Source of the DNA: Lama guanicoe
Taxonomy: Eukaryota
Reading direction: 5' to 3'
DNA: 64,000 nucleotides
NCBI GenBank assembly: GCA_013239625.1
Contig: MU054117.1
Coordinates: 3,586,677 to 3,650,676, forward strand
The position numbers were made by a program, and so were the translations under genes. The notes beneath the pieces were generated by a model, which saw nothing but the letters and a program-made list of their open reading frames with translations, was not told the DNA's origin and ran no database searches. This document shows, piece after piece, positions 39,101 through 51,880 of the stretch; position 1 is the stretch's first letter; every line of letters begins with the position of its first letter.

Positions 39101-39899
39101 CAGAGTGCCACTGGCCACTCACCCCTCTCTGCCTCAAAATGTGGGAAAAGCTTTGTATTCCTTCCCAAGCCAAGGAGCAAGTGCCTGCCCCACCCCGTGG
39201 AGTAGGATTTCCATCAAACTCGGGGTGGACAGATCAGCAAACCAGTGCACCCAGGCCCTGGGCCAGCTGGAGGGCTCCGGGTGGAAAAGTCTGCCTGTGA
39301 AGATGTCTGACCTGGACCACGAGCAGCAAAGAAACCGCATCAGCAGAGAGAGAGATGCTGTATGTCCATCTTGATGTGTCCCCTCGTTCCCAGTGGAGCC
39401 AAAGTCCTCACCAAGGGCTGTTTCTGTAGGGGGTAGGGGGTGGGGACTGCAGTCTCCATGACTTCATCACACTTGGAATGGCCTGTGTGGACGTCACCGG
39501 GCTGTTCGTTGGGGCAGCTGTGTTAAGACCAGGCGATAAAGCACCCTCGTTCCGGCGACAGTGGTCCGCCAGCCAGCTCATCAGTAACACTGGCTCCCAC
39601 CCGCGCTGAGCACCCAGAACCCTGGAGAATCAGGGGCATCCCAGGCTTGGGGCTCTGCATCCCCCCCCACCCCAGAAGCCGGGACCGTGATAACCTCTGC
39701 GGCTCTGCAGTGATGTCATGACAACCATGTAACTAGGAGACGAGGAGACTAGGCAACAGAACAGGAATATTAACCAGTAAAAGTGGTGTGTGTACACGTG
39801 TGTGCATGTATGTGTGCATTCTAGGTGTGCACGTATGACTTGAACCAGGCAGGTTAACCCGTTAAGTCATCATGTGACGTACATGATGCCGTACAACGT

Positions 39900-40070
39900 G
39901 CAAAGGGCTCCTCATGTCCAGTGGTGCTGGATTTCTTCACAGTATGCCTGTGAGGCCAGCAGGGCAAGGACTTGTGGTCTGTGTTTACAGCTAAGGAAAC
40001 AGGTGCAGAGAAGTTAGTCCCAGGCCGGGAGTCCCCACAGGTGAGTGGCAGAGCCAGAACCAGCACTGCC
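39900..40070 (-). mobile_element. MIR SINE
   Basis: tttacagctaaggaaacaggtgcagagaagttag..gtccccacaggtgagtggcagagccaga. Confidence 0.65.
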
Positions 40071-40434
40071 CACTCCCGGCCAGGTGCGATGGTCAGGGCT
40101 GGCTGCTGGGTGGCCTCTGTGAGCCCAGTTTAGAGGGAGGGAAGAAGCCGGCCAGCCTGGCCAGGGCGGGCCTCGGGGGCCAGAATAACCTCGTCACTGC
40201 AGGGGGCCAGTCCAGTGGGGCTGGTCCCCGCAAGCCCTCTGCTCAACGCCCGCTCCCCAGGGGCTCTCCTGGCCTGGCCCCGCCCCTGGTCAGCTCCTCC
40301 CCCACCAGCAGGTGCACACTGGGGGAGTGGTGGTGACAGCGGTACTGAGGGGAGGATGAAGGCAGGAAGGACTGGGGAAGGTCCACAACCAGGAGACGGG
40401 TTGGAAGGAGGAGGCAGGAAGGCTCCAAGGCCAG

Positions 40435-40910
40435 TGTTGGTGTCTCGGGCTCTGTGGACAAAGAATGTCCCCTGCCACATCAGTAAACTAAGGATGTTGC
40501 AGCCATCAAGCCATCAGCCGCTGCTGCTGCCCCGACTCTGCCCCCTGCGGGGCCTCAGGATGGAGAGGAGCAGGGCACTGGGCCGGGGCAGCTAAGGTGC
40601 CCGTCACAGGGGCGACTTCCATGGGATTCGGTAACTTGCACCTCCCATGCCTAGAGACGCGCTAAACTCATTAACTCGAGGGGCCTGGTTTTCTGTAATG
40701 AACAATCATCTTTTGATGTTCTGATTAGCTTTTGTTTCATTTTTTGTTTTTCTGCAAAAACAAATATATATCCTGGCTTGGCCCTTCCCTCCTGGGAGCC
40801 GTCCCTCAGAGTGACCTGAGACGCTGCCTCCTGGGCTTGGCGTCCTCGGAAGTTCTGCCGAATAAGACATAATCCTCACCTTTCAGGTTGTGCGTTGTTT
40901 CCAGGTGACA
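40435..40910 (+). mobile_element. Solo ERV1 LTR (cetartiodactyl MER41-like)
   Basis: TG..CA termini; cccctgccacatcagtaaactaaggatgttgcagccatcaagccatcagcc; TATA-like tatatatcc; poly(A)-signal variant aataag; end ggttgtgcgttgtttccaggtgaca. Confidence 0.8.
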
Positions 40911-40997
40911 GCTCCAAGTGAGTCCCGGAGAGCCAGCAGGAGGGCGGAAGACCAGGCCACCACCCGGCCCCAGTCCCCTTACTCGTGCCCCCCTCCC

Positions 40998-41412
40998 GGC
41001 CGTGTGCTGAAGGGTGAACTCCAAAGACCTAGGTCCACTTCCTGACCCCGGAACTGTGATTGTGACCTTATTTGGAAAAAAGGTGTTTGCAGGTGTAATT
41101 CAGGTAAGGATCTTAAGCTGCAGTCACCCTGGATTATCTGGGGGGGCCCTAAGCCAGTTCAGTGACAATATTCTTAAGATACACGGAGGAGAGACAGGAG
41201 GGGAGACAGCCACGCGGAGCCCGAGGCAGAGATCAGACCCCCAGAGGCTGAAACAGGCAAGGAAGGCACTTCCCCAGAGTGTCTGGAGGGAGCACGGCCG
41301 TGCTGACGTGTGAGTTCAGGTTTCCGGTCCCCAGCGCCGGGAGGGGATGAATTCCCGTTGTTTAGCGCCGAGTCTGCAGTAATTTTTGCAGCATCTCACA
41401 GAGGCTAGTACA
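40998..41412 (+). mobile_element. MLT1B/C-like MaLR LTR
   Basis: ccggaactgtgattgtgaccttatttggaaaaaaggtgtttgcaggtgtaatt..caccctggattatctggg..ggcaaggaag..ggagggagcacggccgtgctgac..ctagtaca. Confidence 0.85.
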
Positions 41413-42286
41413 GCCCGGGGCATCCTTCTCTCTCACCCCTCCCCGTCCAGGCCTCTGCTGTGGCTTCCCCTGGTGTCAGAGGTGAGGGGGCGGCCCATGC
41501 AGCCGGAGGTTTGGGGGTGTGTGTCAAACAACTGACCTTCTAGGGAGAAAAAGCCCAGTTTGAAGCGTTTGCAAAATTTCTTGGCATCAATACCCACCGC
41601 TGTGGCCGACTATCAATGGGGTTCCTGACAACTTAACAACTGGTCCGCAAGCCAGCAGGACCGGGGTCCATACCTCTGCATGCAACCCCGTGCCCTCCCC
41701 CGGCCTGTATCCACACAGACACTGGGGGAGCTGCCAGCGTTGGTAAGAGAGGCTAAGTGCGTTGCCCAGGCCACGGCTGACCCACCTGGACACTCAGAGA
41801 CTGAACGAGGGGTGGAAACTGGCATCTTGGCTCCCGGGCCGCCTGCTCGTACAGGCTCTGTTTAACAGGACTCAGTCTGCTGTCTGCCTGCATCCCCTTC
41901 GGAGGAGGTTTGTGGTCAGTGGTAGCAAAATTTCCCTCCGGCTTCAAAGTCTCATGGGTCACATCCTCCCACCAGAAGTAGAAAAATAATGCCAGGGAGT
42001 ATTTTTACAGTGAGTACAAAGTCCCCACAGAGATGGGTGAATTTGGAGGACTCAAATCCAGTGCATCTGCAAGACGACCATGTGGAACTTTTCAGTTCCC
42101 AGAGTGCCTGCATTGTCCTGACATTCACTTGCTCACCCTTTCATTCATTCATTGGGAGCCCAGGCACGGGGACTGTGGGCAACAGAAGAAAAGCGTCACC
42201 GGGTAGGCACTGACAATAAATCAGCGGCAGGATCAGACAGTAGGCTGCGAGCCCTGGTTGGCAAGGTGAAAGTTGAAAGTCAGCAG

Positions 42287-42668
42287 TGAATGGGGTTCAG
42301 GGCAGGCCGCCCCAAAACACGCTTCTGTAGCGTATACATTATTTTGAATAAAATCTATTTAAGCAGCAGCAGGTGCGAGAAGAACACTTTGACCCTCCTT
42401 GGTCCCCCTGGAAGCAAGAAATTAGCCTCCCGTGTGAAGCAGGAGGGTAGAGAGCATCCTTACCGCCAGAGACAGGAAGTCCGGGGCCAAGGAGGCTGGG
42501 ACCCAGACCTTCTTAGTCCTTCCCTGATTTGCTACCCAAGCCCAGCCGCCTTCGTTTCGTCAGTTCTTCATGAACCTGTGGTCACCGCGTCTGAAAGGTC
42601 GAGAAGCTCCCTGCACTTGTCATGGTAGGGGGTCTCATATTTTATGGGACAGGTTTTCTTCCCCTACA
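42287..42668 (+). mobile_element. MER34-like ERV1 LTR
   Basis: Start tgaatggggttcag..gccgccccaaaacacgc..attattttga; end ttttcttcccctaca. Confidence 0.7.
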
Positions 42669-42899
42669 CACTTGCTGGCGTCTTGAGAAGAAGCTGGTAA
42701 GACGTGAGGGACCAGGAGGTGGGAGGAGATGCTCAGGACCGGTGAGCGGAGAAGCTGCCTGCAGAAGACCTGCCCTTGAGGCCAGAGGCTGCCCCAGCTG
42801 TTGGGTTCTTACCCGGGTCTTGTGGGGACAAGAGGCAATGCCAGGGAGGGGGTTTCTGTCAGGTGGACTAGGGAGGGGACAGGAAGTAACACATCGGGC

Positions 42900-43035
42900 A
42901 CGTGTGAGGTGTTCACGTGAGTCCTAGTGGCAAGGAGAGCACCTTGTAAGATAAGTGGTATTGTTTTATTATTTCTTGGAAACAATGGAAGCCCAGAGAG
43001 GTTAATACCTTGCCTGTGGTCACACAGCCAGTAAG
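42900..43035 (-). mobile_element. MIR SINE
   Basis: gaagcccagagaggttaataccttgcctgtggtcacacagccagtaag. Confidence 0.7.
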
Positions 43036-44129
43036 ACACAGAGCAAAGGAGGATGAGAGGGTAGCAGCTGAACATACACTCAGAAAAATTGGCAGGTGGT
43101 TGGAATTTACAGGAGTGGAATCAGCTGGGCGTCTCCCTGCATTTGGGGGCCCTGTGGCTGCGGCCGGGCTGCGTGGCGGGGGACAGGGCTGGCGGAAGGA
43201 GACAGATGCTTCTGTTCTCCCAGGCCCCTGGAAGCAAGGTGTTCACTGCCCCGTCCACGCGTCCCCCCCAGAGGAGGCTGCGTGTTTACACAAGGGCACA
43301 TTTCTGGCATGCTGAGGAGGACCCAAGTGTAAACGGAGCTCACATCCCCAGCCCGGCAGATGCCCGGGAGCGAGACGTGCCCTGACGCTGACGGAGAACA
43401 GCGACTTCTTGTTTACCCAGCTCGCCATCTGGACGGCCGAGCCAGGGCCAAGGAAATCGCTGGAACTAAGCGCTCAGAGGCTTCTTGTGAACTGGGCCTC
43501 TGCAGGGCGGCTCCGGGGAGGTTTATTTATATTTTGCTCATCCAAGTGACACAGGCCCCCAAACCAGAGACTTTCAGGATCTGAGCCGCAGGTATTTACA
43601 AGGCTCTGCGGGTTTCTCAGGGCCTCTGAGTCGGCTGGCATTTCGCCGGATGTTAGGTCTGAGGCTGGGGAGCTTCAGGATGCAGGTCAGCACAGACCTC
43701 TCATTTCTCCATTCCTCCGGCCTGTCCAATAGGAATTTTGTAACACTGCTACCAAACTCTGCTTAGAGAAGCTCACAGATGTGAGCTTGGTTTGCCCAGG
43801 ACAGCTGTGTCTGCGCTGTGAACCAGCTTTAGAACCAGGCTCTTCCTGGGGCGAGTGTGGCCATTACGCCCCAGCCATCCATGGACCCCCTGGGTGGACG
43901 GGAGGCTGCAGAACTCAGGCTGTCCACTCCGACTCCAAATGCAGACCAGGGGGCCCCAACTCGCTCCCATGAGCATCCAAACCCCCCTTAACGACTTCTT
44001 TCCATCTGGGTATTTGGACACGTGTGCCACTCGGACGCATCAACATTCCAGAGCTCAAGACGGCGAAAGACCTTGGTGGAGGAGAACGAACAGGGAGAGA
44101 ACGGCCTGACGTAATGGAAAGAATACTGA

Positions 44130-44565
44130 AAGTTAACGGCAGACCAAGGTTGAAAATAAAGGGGTGGAAACACACATTCCAAGCAGATGATGGCCAAGAG
44201 AAAACCTGTGGCCGTGCCACAGGTAGACAAAGACGACCCGAGAGAAAGATAGTTTTGGGAAGGCCCTTCTTTAACTACTAGACGAGCAATTCCTGAGGAG
44301 CACAAACTTGTTCTGAGCTGAATTACCCCTGGCAATTCACATTCAAACTATATAAAGCAACCATTGCCAGAATTATAGGAAGGGACTGGCAAACACATTT
44401 AGAATGGGAGATTCAACGTGTCTTAAAAACAAATAGCTCAAGCAGGTAAAATAATAGCAGGTGAAAGATTCGAACCAAACGGTTAACACCCTTTGCTCAG
44501 TGCACGTGTTTAGAATCTTCACCCTGAATTAGAATCCAGTCTTTTCAATCAAACATGAAACAGTG
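44130..44565 (+). mobile_element. Ancient L1 ORF2 endonuclease-domain relic
   Basis: Translation RLKIKGWKHTFQADDGQEK resembles L1 EN RLKIKGWRKIYQANGKQKK; downstream aactatataaagcaa and atgggagattcaac (GDFN-like); degenerate. Confidence 0.7.
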
Positions 44566-45664
44566 GCCAGCTGCCTATTATTTCCATTTTCATTTCCATT
44601 TATTGACTTTCAACTTATTTCTTGCCTCATCTTCAGCGATGCAGTCGATGAACTTTATTAAGTTTGAGGTGATAGTTATCATGTTTCTTTTTAAGGCACA
44701 TTTATCAAGTACGTAAGCAGTACACATTCTTTATAAGTCTGTGTATCCTCAGAGTCTCCTTGTAAACCAGCAGTGATGCGTATTAGAAATAGAGAATGCT
44801 GAAATTAATGAAGCAAAAGTCTAACTCAGAATCTAATAGTGGTGGAGCTGAGAAAACAACCTGAGAGAACTCCCCCTCTGAGCATCCACATGAAAATCGG
44901 GCCAGCTGTAAGCAAAAGTGACAGCGCTCTGCTGGGGAACGGAGCCGCCCGAACTGGAAGGAAAAGCAGGCAGGGGAAAGCGTGACGCAGCGGGCTGCTC
45001 TGGAGCAGAGCTGTGAAAGGACAGAGGGGACGGAGTCACGGGAAGGAGGACGGGGGCACCCCAGGCAGGCAGTGGTGACGGGGTGGATGTGAGTGTCCTG
45101 TGTCACACAGGTGGAAAGTGGTGGTCACTGCAGCATCCCCGTGGCCCGGGCCAGTGCCTGGCATAGGGAAGTACTCAGTGCCCGGTAACTGAAGAAAAGA
45201 CGGGAAGGAGGGAAAAGGGAGGGAAGTCTGGGGCAGGAAACTGGCGTCTAGATTGGTGAGGAAGCATGGTGACTGGCAGCCCGGTGCTGGAGGCGTCCCA
45301 GGTCGTCACTGCAGCTTTGTTGCATTGAGGGGTTGTCACTCTCTGGCCGAGAGGGTGGAATGGGCTCCATTCAGCGCTGCACATGGGACAGTCATCTGGG
45401 GCCATTATCATTATCCGTCTCATCTTGGTCCCCTAGTATGACTGCTGGTGGTAAATGTTGCCTGGATTTGGTCAGATAAGAGACTCAGAGGGAGATCCTA
45501 ATAGGAGTCTACTCTGCCTGCCTCTGAGCCGCTCTCCCGGACCATTTTCTTGAAGATCCTGATGGCTTTGGGCGTGAGAACTCTGTGTTCATTTTGGGGT
45601 CAGAAGGAAAACACGGAACTGAGGGCAAGGGACAAGGGCTCTTTTTCCAGCTGCAAGCACCGAG

Positions 45665-45800
45665 GCCATAGCCTTGGACAAGTCACGTGGCCCCCGTGTC
45701 TCTCAGCCTTAGTTTCCCAAGTGGTCACAGGGATGATGGTACCCGCCCTTCCTCACAGACTGTGAGAGGCTCAAATGAGAGAGGGTGCTGGAAGCGCTTC
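45665..45800 (+). mobile_element. MIR SINE
   Basis: ccttggacaagtcac..tctcagccttagtttccc..cctcacagactgtgagaggctcaaatgaga. Confidence 0.75.
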
Positions 45801-46246
45801 CGAAGTCGGAAGGGACGTGTGATGCTGGAAGAAAAGGTGGATCCTTCTCTGTTTTAGAGTAGAATTGGAAACCCCAGCATCCAAGTCCTGCATCATTGAA
45901 AGAATCATTGTAGAATGAAGGTAATTGGGATTTTGTCTTGTGACCCGAGGAGTAAACCATGGCCCCACGGGGGAGGGGGAGGGAGAGGGCCCGAACACAC
46001 TCAGGAAATGTATGACCCCACGGAAAACGCCCGCAAACCCTCAAGGGCCCATCCGCGAAGCACTGCCTGGGAGCCCCCCCGTGGGACTGCTGGGCCAGCC
46101 CTCCAAGCTGGCCTCATCTACCTGTTTAGTTTTTTTCTGTTTGTTCCTTAAAAAAATCACCAAGACTCAGATAACTCAGCCTTTTATCTTTTTGCTTCAA
46201 TCGACTGGAGTCTGATACGCATTTTTTTCCAGAAACTCTTTTGTAG

Positions 46247-46604
46247 CTTTTTAAAAAATTGAGTGTAGTGGATTTACAATGTTGTGTTAGTTTCTGGTGT
46301 ACAGGGCAGTGATTCATTTATAAATATCTACGTGTTCCCTCCCATACTCATCTTCATTAGGCCACTGCAAGGCGCTGACTATAGCGCCCTGGGCTGGACA
46401 GCAAGTCCTTGTTGTTTATCTGCTTTATGTACAGTAGTGTTTACAAATCCCAAACTTCTAATTTATCCCTCCCCTTCCCCTTCCCCCCTAGTAACCGCTT
46501 GTTTTCTATGTCTGTGAGTCTGTCTCTGTTTTGTAAATATGTTCATTTAAAAAATTAAATAAATAAAAAATAAAAAAGGACACAAATGAACTTATTTACA
46601 AAAC
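46247..46604 (-). mobile_element. 5'-truncated L1 3' end with a short inverted 5' segment
   Basis: attgagtgtagtggatttacaatgttgtgttagtttctggtgtacag..ttgtaaatatgttcattt on minus, then sense-oriented aaaaggacacaaatgaacttatttacaaaac. Confidence 0.85.
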
Positions 46605-47249
46605 TGACACACATTTCACCCAGAGTCTGGATGGGGACCGACAGCAAACAAGCTCCAGGGGTGATTGCTCTTTGCTTCTCTCTCTTCCCTCACACCAGCT
46701 TCCCAATAAAACGCAACCCATAAAATCGCTCATCTGCACCAGCTTTTCCATTAATAATCAGTGATATTATTATCCTGCCTCCCCGAGGGGCTCCCCATCC
46801 CTCAGGGGCACTCTGGCCGGGAGTCTGGCAGCAGGCACTGCAGTCTGGGAAATTCTCACTCGGCTCTTATTTCTGAGCTCTTGGAAGCAACGTGCTCAGA
46901 TGGCTGACGGCATCAGAATGGGAAATACCTGCCTCGGATGGGGCCAGCCAGACCATCTCGGCTGGTTTGATCGTTGCCACCTCCAGGAATCAGGTGCCTG
47001 GAGAAAACCAGGCTGACAGGATCAGACTGAGGAAGCTGCGATGCCATCTGGGGTCAGGAAGGGACGTTTGTCCAAGTGCCAAGTGGGGGCTGAGGCAGCC
47101 TGGCGCTGGGCTGGCATGAAGGTTGGAATAACCCAGGAGGTGCTGGGGGGGCCAGGCCCAGAATGTCATCAGGGAGAAGTGGGCACTCCGCTGAAGACAA
47201 GGAAGATACTGAGGCTTGACTCTTCTGCACTGGACATTTTAGAAGATGC

Positions 47250-47600
47250 TTTATTTTGGAAATGTTCAAGCACACACCAAAGTAGAGAATGCCAGTACCA
47301 TGAATTCCCGTGTGCCCCTCCCTCAGCTTTAACGGTCACCAATTCAAGCCAATTCTTGTGTATTCACACGTCTATTCTCTTGCCCCCGACCCCCAGCTTC
47401 CCTGGGTTTTACTGACGTGAATCCTAGATGTCATGTCACTGCATCTATAATTACTTCAGTATGTTTCTCATTTAAAAGAGAACTCCTTAAAAACATAATT
47501 ATATTATAATTATTATACTTAAAAATTCACAGTCCTCTACTATACCAATGACTGCCCAGTATACAAATTCCCCCAGTTGTTCCCTAATAGCCCTAAATGT
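47250..47600 (-). mobile_element. L1MC-like 3' end
   Basis: tttattttggaaatgttcaagcacacaccaaagtagagaat..atgaattcccgtgtgccc..tacttcagtatgtttctc..aaacataa. Confidence 0.7.
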
Positions 47601-50431
47601 TTTGATCAATCGGAGATAGAGTCAAAGAAAATAATTTTTAAAAGAGGGAATAAGAGAAAGAGGAGAAAAATAGTTAGGGAAAGAAAGAGGGAGGAAAAGA
47701 GTCAACGTGCACTCACTGCACCTCGTGGCACACCAGGCTGTGTGTCGGGCTCTGGGGCACTGTAACCTCGTTTGAGGAGATGAGGAAATCGGAGGGAAGA
47801 GAGGTTAAGCCACCGGCCCAAAGCCAGTCCACTGGTAAGCCCTGAAGACGTGATTCCAACACAGACTGGCTCCGAAGCCTGCCTCTTTCTTCTATACTGA
47901 ATCTCACCTTAAATAACTAGATCATCTACTAGGAAACCTTGGAAAGAAGGAAAATAAAATCGGTGGAGGGGAGTCAAGTTCTCCTGTCACCACAAGTCTT
48001 AAAGGGTCTTTGCTTCGGAGGCAGACGGTTTTGGATTTGGACCCCGACTTTGCAGTTGAGTGATGAGAAGTTAATTTCCCGAATCTTGCTTTCTTCATCA
48101 GGAGAATGAGATGCGGCAAGGATTAAAAGGCACCCTTCAAACACTTAGCTGTTGATGTTACTGTTATTACATCTGAGGAGTGGGTACAGGGGAGAGGAGG
48201 CCAGGCGTGGTTCACATCTACCCCCTTCTCCAGCAGACCGCTGTACTCCAGGCTCTGATCAGGACGAAGACTTAGGATCAAAGAGGGCAGCTCTGGTTCT
48301 GAGGAAGGAGTGACAGGGGTCAGTGCCGGAGGCAGAGGTGGGGAGACGGAGAGGACGAGGGGACCACGGCAGCATCCATCCCTTCCCAAACACAGCAGCA
48401 AAGGTGGAAAATGAAGATGAACGTGTTATGGGAGTGGGAGAGTGGGGAAGCCAACGTGAGTGGAACGGCTGGTGGGGCTGAGCAGAGATGTGGGGAATAA
48501 GGTTGGATGGACGGATGGAACCTCCAAAAAGGAGAGAAAACCAAGAGATATTCTTCTTTAAGACAAAGACGCGCCTAGAGCATCTCCAGGAGCATTGTTC
48601 TGACTGTAGTATGCCGGGCAGGTTGGGCAAGAGAGGCATGGGAGGCAGCGACACTTAGCAGAGGTTAGCACCGCAAGGAAGGCCTCAAGGTCTTGGGGCA
48701 AATGCAGACGTTAGGGGTTCCTGCAAAGTCTCTCCAGCCCAAAGATTTTTGAAGACTATTTATAACACTGAAAAATTCTAACATGCTGGTAGTAAAGTCT
48801 ACTGGTCTCCAGAGGAAAGATATGTTCCAGGTGTCCAGAAACCCTTTAACCAGCCACGGCCCTTTTGCAGAGAGAACCCGCTGATCACGGCCAAAACCCT
48901 TCCCGCCCACTGCTGCAGACCAAGCTGTGCTGGAGGAAGAGGATACGGCCGAAAGGACACGCCAACAAAAACGTGCAGAAGAGACACTGTGTTACCCTAA
49001 TAACGTAAACTCGGAGGCCCACGGAGCTCAGAGACTCTCGGAATGCAGGCTGACTTTGGCTACTTGTTCAAGTAGACTCTTATTTTGAGGCTCTGTAAGA
49101 CGCCATTTTGTGCGGCGGCCTTAGTGACAGTGACGTTTGAGCTGAGGACTGTGTCGGGGGTTCCTCCATTACCCAAAGCTGTTAAAAACAATCTCATGGC
49201 CTCTTAGGGAGATTTCCGTTTGACTCAAATTGAGACTCAGCCATTGATTTCCAAAGACTTAGGTCACTAGATGCGTTGGGCTGGAATGGAACTCCGAGGG
49301 CATCTTGCCCGTTCCCATTCTTTCTGGAGGAGAACGCCGGCTTTATGAGAGATAAAGAGGGAATCACAGAATCATGGAAAACCTTAAATACCATCTGTGA
49401 AGGCGCGTCCACCAAATGTTTGTATTTCCTGGTTTCACGGTGCTCGCTTCCAGGAAAGTCTTCCATCTACCTTGCCTGCATCCCATTGTTGTAATTTAAG
49501 CCAATGCCTTAGATTTGCAAGCACATTTAATAAGCTTTACATAAGCACTTTGCGAACATTTAGTCCGGGCACCAGGAGAGAGCTGTGGTGTGACACGGCC
49601 TGTTTGCTGCGGCTCTAAATGATGGCTGAAGGCCGCGGCAGCTTTGGTTCTGTCTGCAGTCCCTGTCAGACCTTAAAGTAGGAGGTGAACGCATGTCTAC
49701 TTGCCTTTCTCCCTTCGCTTCTTCTTTCCTCTCTCCTCTCCCACTGACACCCGTTAACCACATGGATATTACAAAGCCGCATTCAAAACGTCTTCCCTCC
49801 TCCGTTGAGAGATATATTCTCCACTGATTCCTCTGTCCATAGATACCTTCTCTATAGAACTGACTTCCAGGAGCAATAACCTTTCTGAAGGGACATGTAA
49901 GAAGTTATTTATCCCATTTTGTAGGCAGTAGTGAGAAAAGGGCGATTAATTCCAATTCCGATGGCACGTTAGGTTATTTGACCCAATGCTTCCATTGAAT
50001 ACAATTAAAAATTTGGCCACAATATTAAGTAAAAGTGTCCTTGCGGGCTAAGGTTGCTGACAAGGCAGTAATTAACACCAGGGAAGAAACTGAAGGAAAA
50101 GTGGGGAACAGAGGGATCAACAGAGCTCCCAAAGTTTCTTTGGGAGTGTTCTTGATCCCAGCAAATCTGGGCTTCAGTTCCGGCAGACATGAAGGGTGAA
50201 GGGGAAGGAAGTCAGGAACCTAGTCCCAGTTCAGGTGTGAAACACAGTAGGAAAGCTTTCCTCCGTGAAGCGAGGACCCAGAGGGGCACAGCAGCAGTGC
50301 AAGAGAAACGAGAAGTAAGCCTGGCCACAGGTCCAAGCCCCAGGGGAAGATTCACAGATGCTGAAGGGGAAGAGGACCAAAGGGACAAGAACAGTCGTTT
50401 GCAGGAGATTGCAGGTTTGAGATCCTTTATA

Positions 50432-51195
50432 TTAAAATACAATGAGTTCTCCCACCCCACATGCATTAGGGTGGCTACTATAAAAGCAAAACAAGCCGCA
50501 ACCAAACAGAAGTAAGCGCTGGCGAGAACGTGGAGAGATTAAAACCCTCGTGCATTGTCTGTGGGAATGTAATATGATGCAGTCACGATGGCAAATAGTA
50601 GGTGTTTTATTAAAAAATCGAAAATTGAGTTACCTTAGGATCCAGTAATTCCACTTCTGGGTATATCCCCCCAAAGAATGGAAAGCAGGATGTTGAAGAG
50701 ATATTTGAATGCCCATGTTCATAGCAGCATTATTTACAGTAACCAAAAAGTGAAAGCAATCCAAGGGTTCATCACAGATGAACAGATTAACAAAATGTGG
50801 TTTACGCCTAATGGAGTTTTATGCAGCCTTTAAAAGGAAGGAGATGCTGGCACCTGCTGCAACATGGATGAACCCTGAGGACATGATGCTAAGTGAAGTA
50901 AGCCAGACACCAAAAGGCAAATAGTGTATGACTCCACTCGTATGAATTACCAAGAGGAGTCAGATTCATAGAGACAGAAGTAAAGTGGCCGCCAGGGGCT
51001 GGGTAGAGGGAACAGTGAGGAGTTACTGGTTAATGGGGACGGAGCTTCAGCTCTGTGATGGAAGAGTTCTGGAGACAGATGCTGGTAATGGTTGTACACC
51101 AACGTGAGTGTGCTCAATGCCACTGAGCCACACACTTAAAAACAATTAAATGGTAAATTTTGTTATCTGTATTTCATCAGAAATTTAAAAATTTA
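50432..51195 (+). mobile_element. L1MB-like ORF2 C-terminus + 3' UTR
   Basis: gatccagtaattccacttctgggtatatccc..cccatgttcatagcagcattattt..caacatggatgaaccctgaggacatgatgctaagtgaa..aagagttctggagac..aaatggtaaattttg. Confidence 0.9.
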
Positions 51196-51199
51196 AAGT

Positions 51200-51880
51200 T
51201 TGGACGATAGCCAGGGCTGGAGTGTATTTGGAACCCCACCCTTAGACTCCACTCGTGGGAGTGTAAATTGATGCAGTAACTTTGGGGAAATAATTTGGCG
51301 TCATCTTGTTAAACCCAAGAGCTGATGCCCCCCTCCCTCCCTAGCTAGACCTTAAAGGTCCTCGCGTACAGCGCACACTAGGGCTTCCAGCGCTGTTTAT
51401 AAGGGCACCACAAACAGAAGGGAAATAACTACCTGTGCGTAAACGGTGGAATGGCTGCATGCATCGTTATATATTCATGAAATGAAATACTGCACAGCAG
51501 TGAAACATGATTGAATTCCAGGAACATAATGTCGACTAAAAAAAGTCAGTGACAAAACAACACATATTCTGTAAGGAGATCCTATTATGCAAAGTCAGAA
51601 GCCCATATAATTATATAATACGCTGTGCAAGAATAGAAAGCGAACGCAGTACAGCTATGCTGAAGAGCAAGGGACTGAAACAGAAAACTCAAAGTTGGGA
51701 AGAGCCTTTACCTCTGCGCAGGCGGTAGGGGGCAGGGGGCAGGGGCCGAGAATAAGGTGAGACAGAGGCCCTGGGCTTTCAAAGGAAGTGTTATAATTTA
51801 TTCATTAAATGTAACGGTGGCTACGTGATTGTTTACTAAATGTTTTTACTCCTTACCTTTGATAAATATTAATTAGTCTC
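51200..51880 (+). mobile_element. Older L1 (L1ME-like) 3' fragment
   Basis: gtgggagtgtaaattgatgcagtaactttgg..tatattcatgaaatgaaatactgcacagcagtgaaa..aacataatgtcgactaaaaaaagtcag. Confidence 0.65.
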
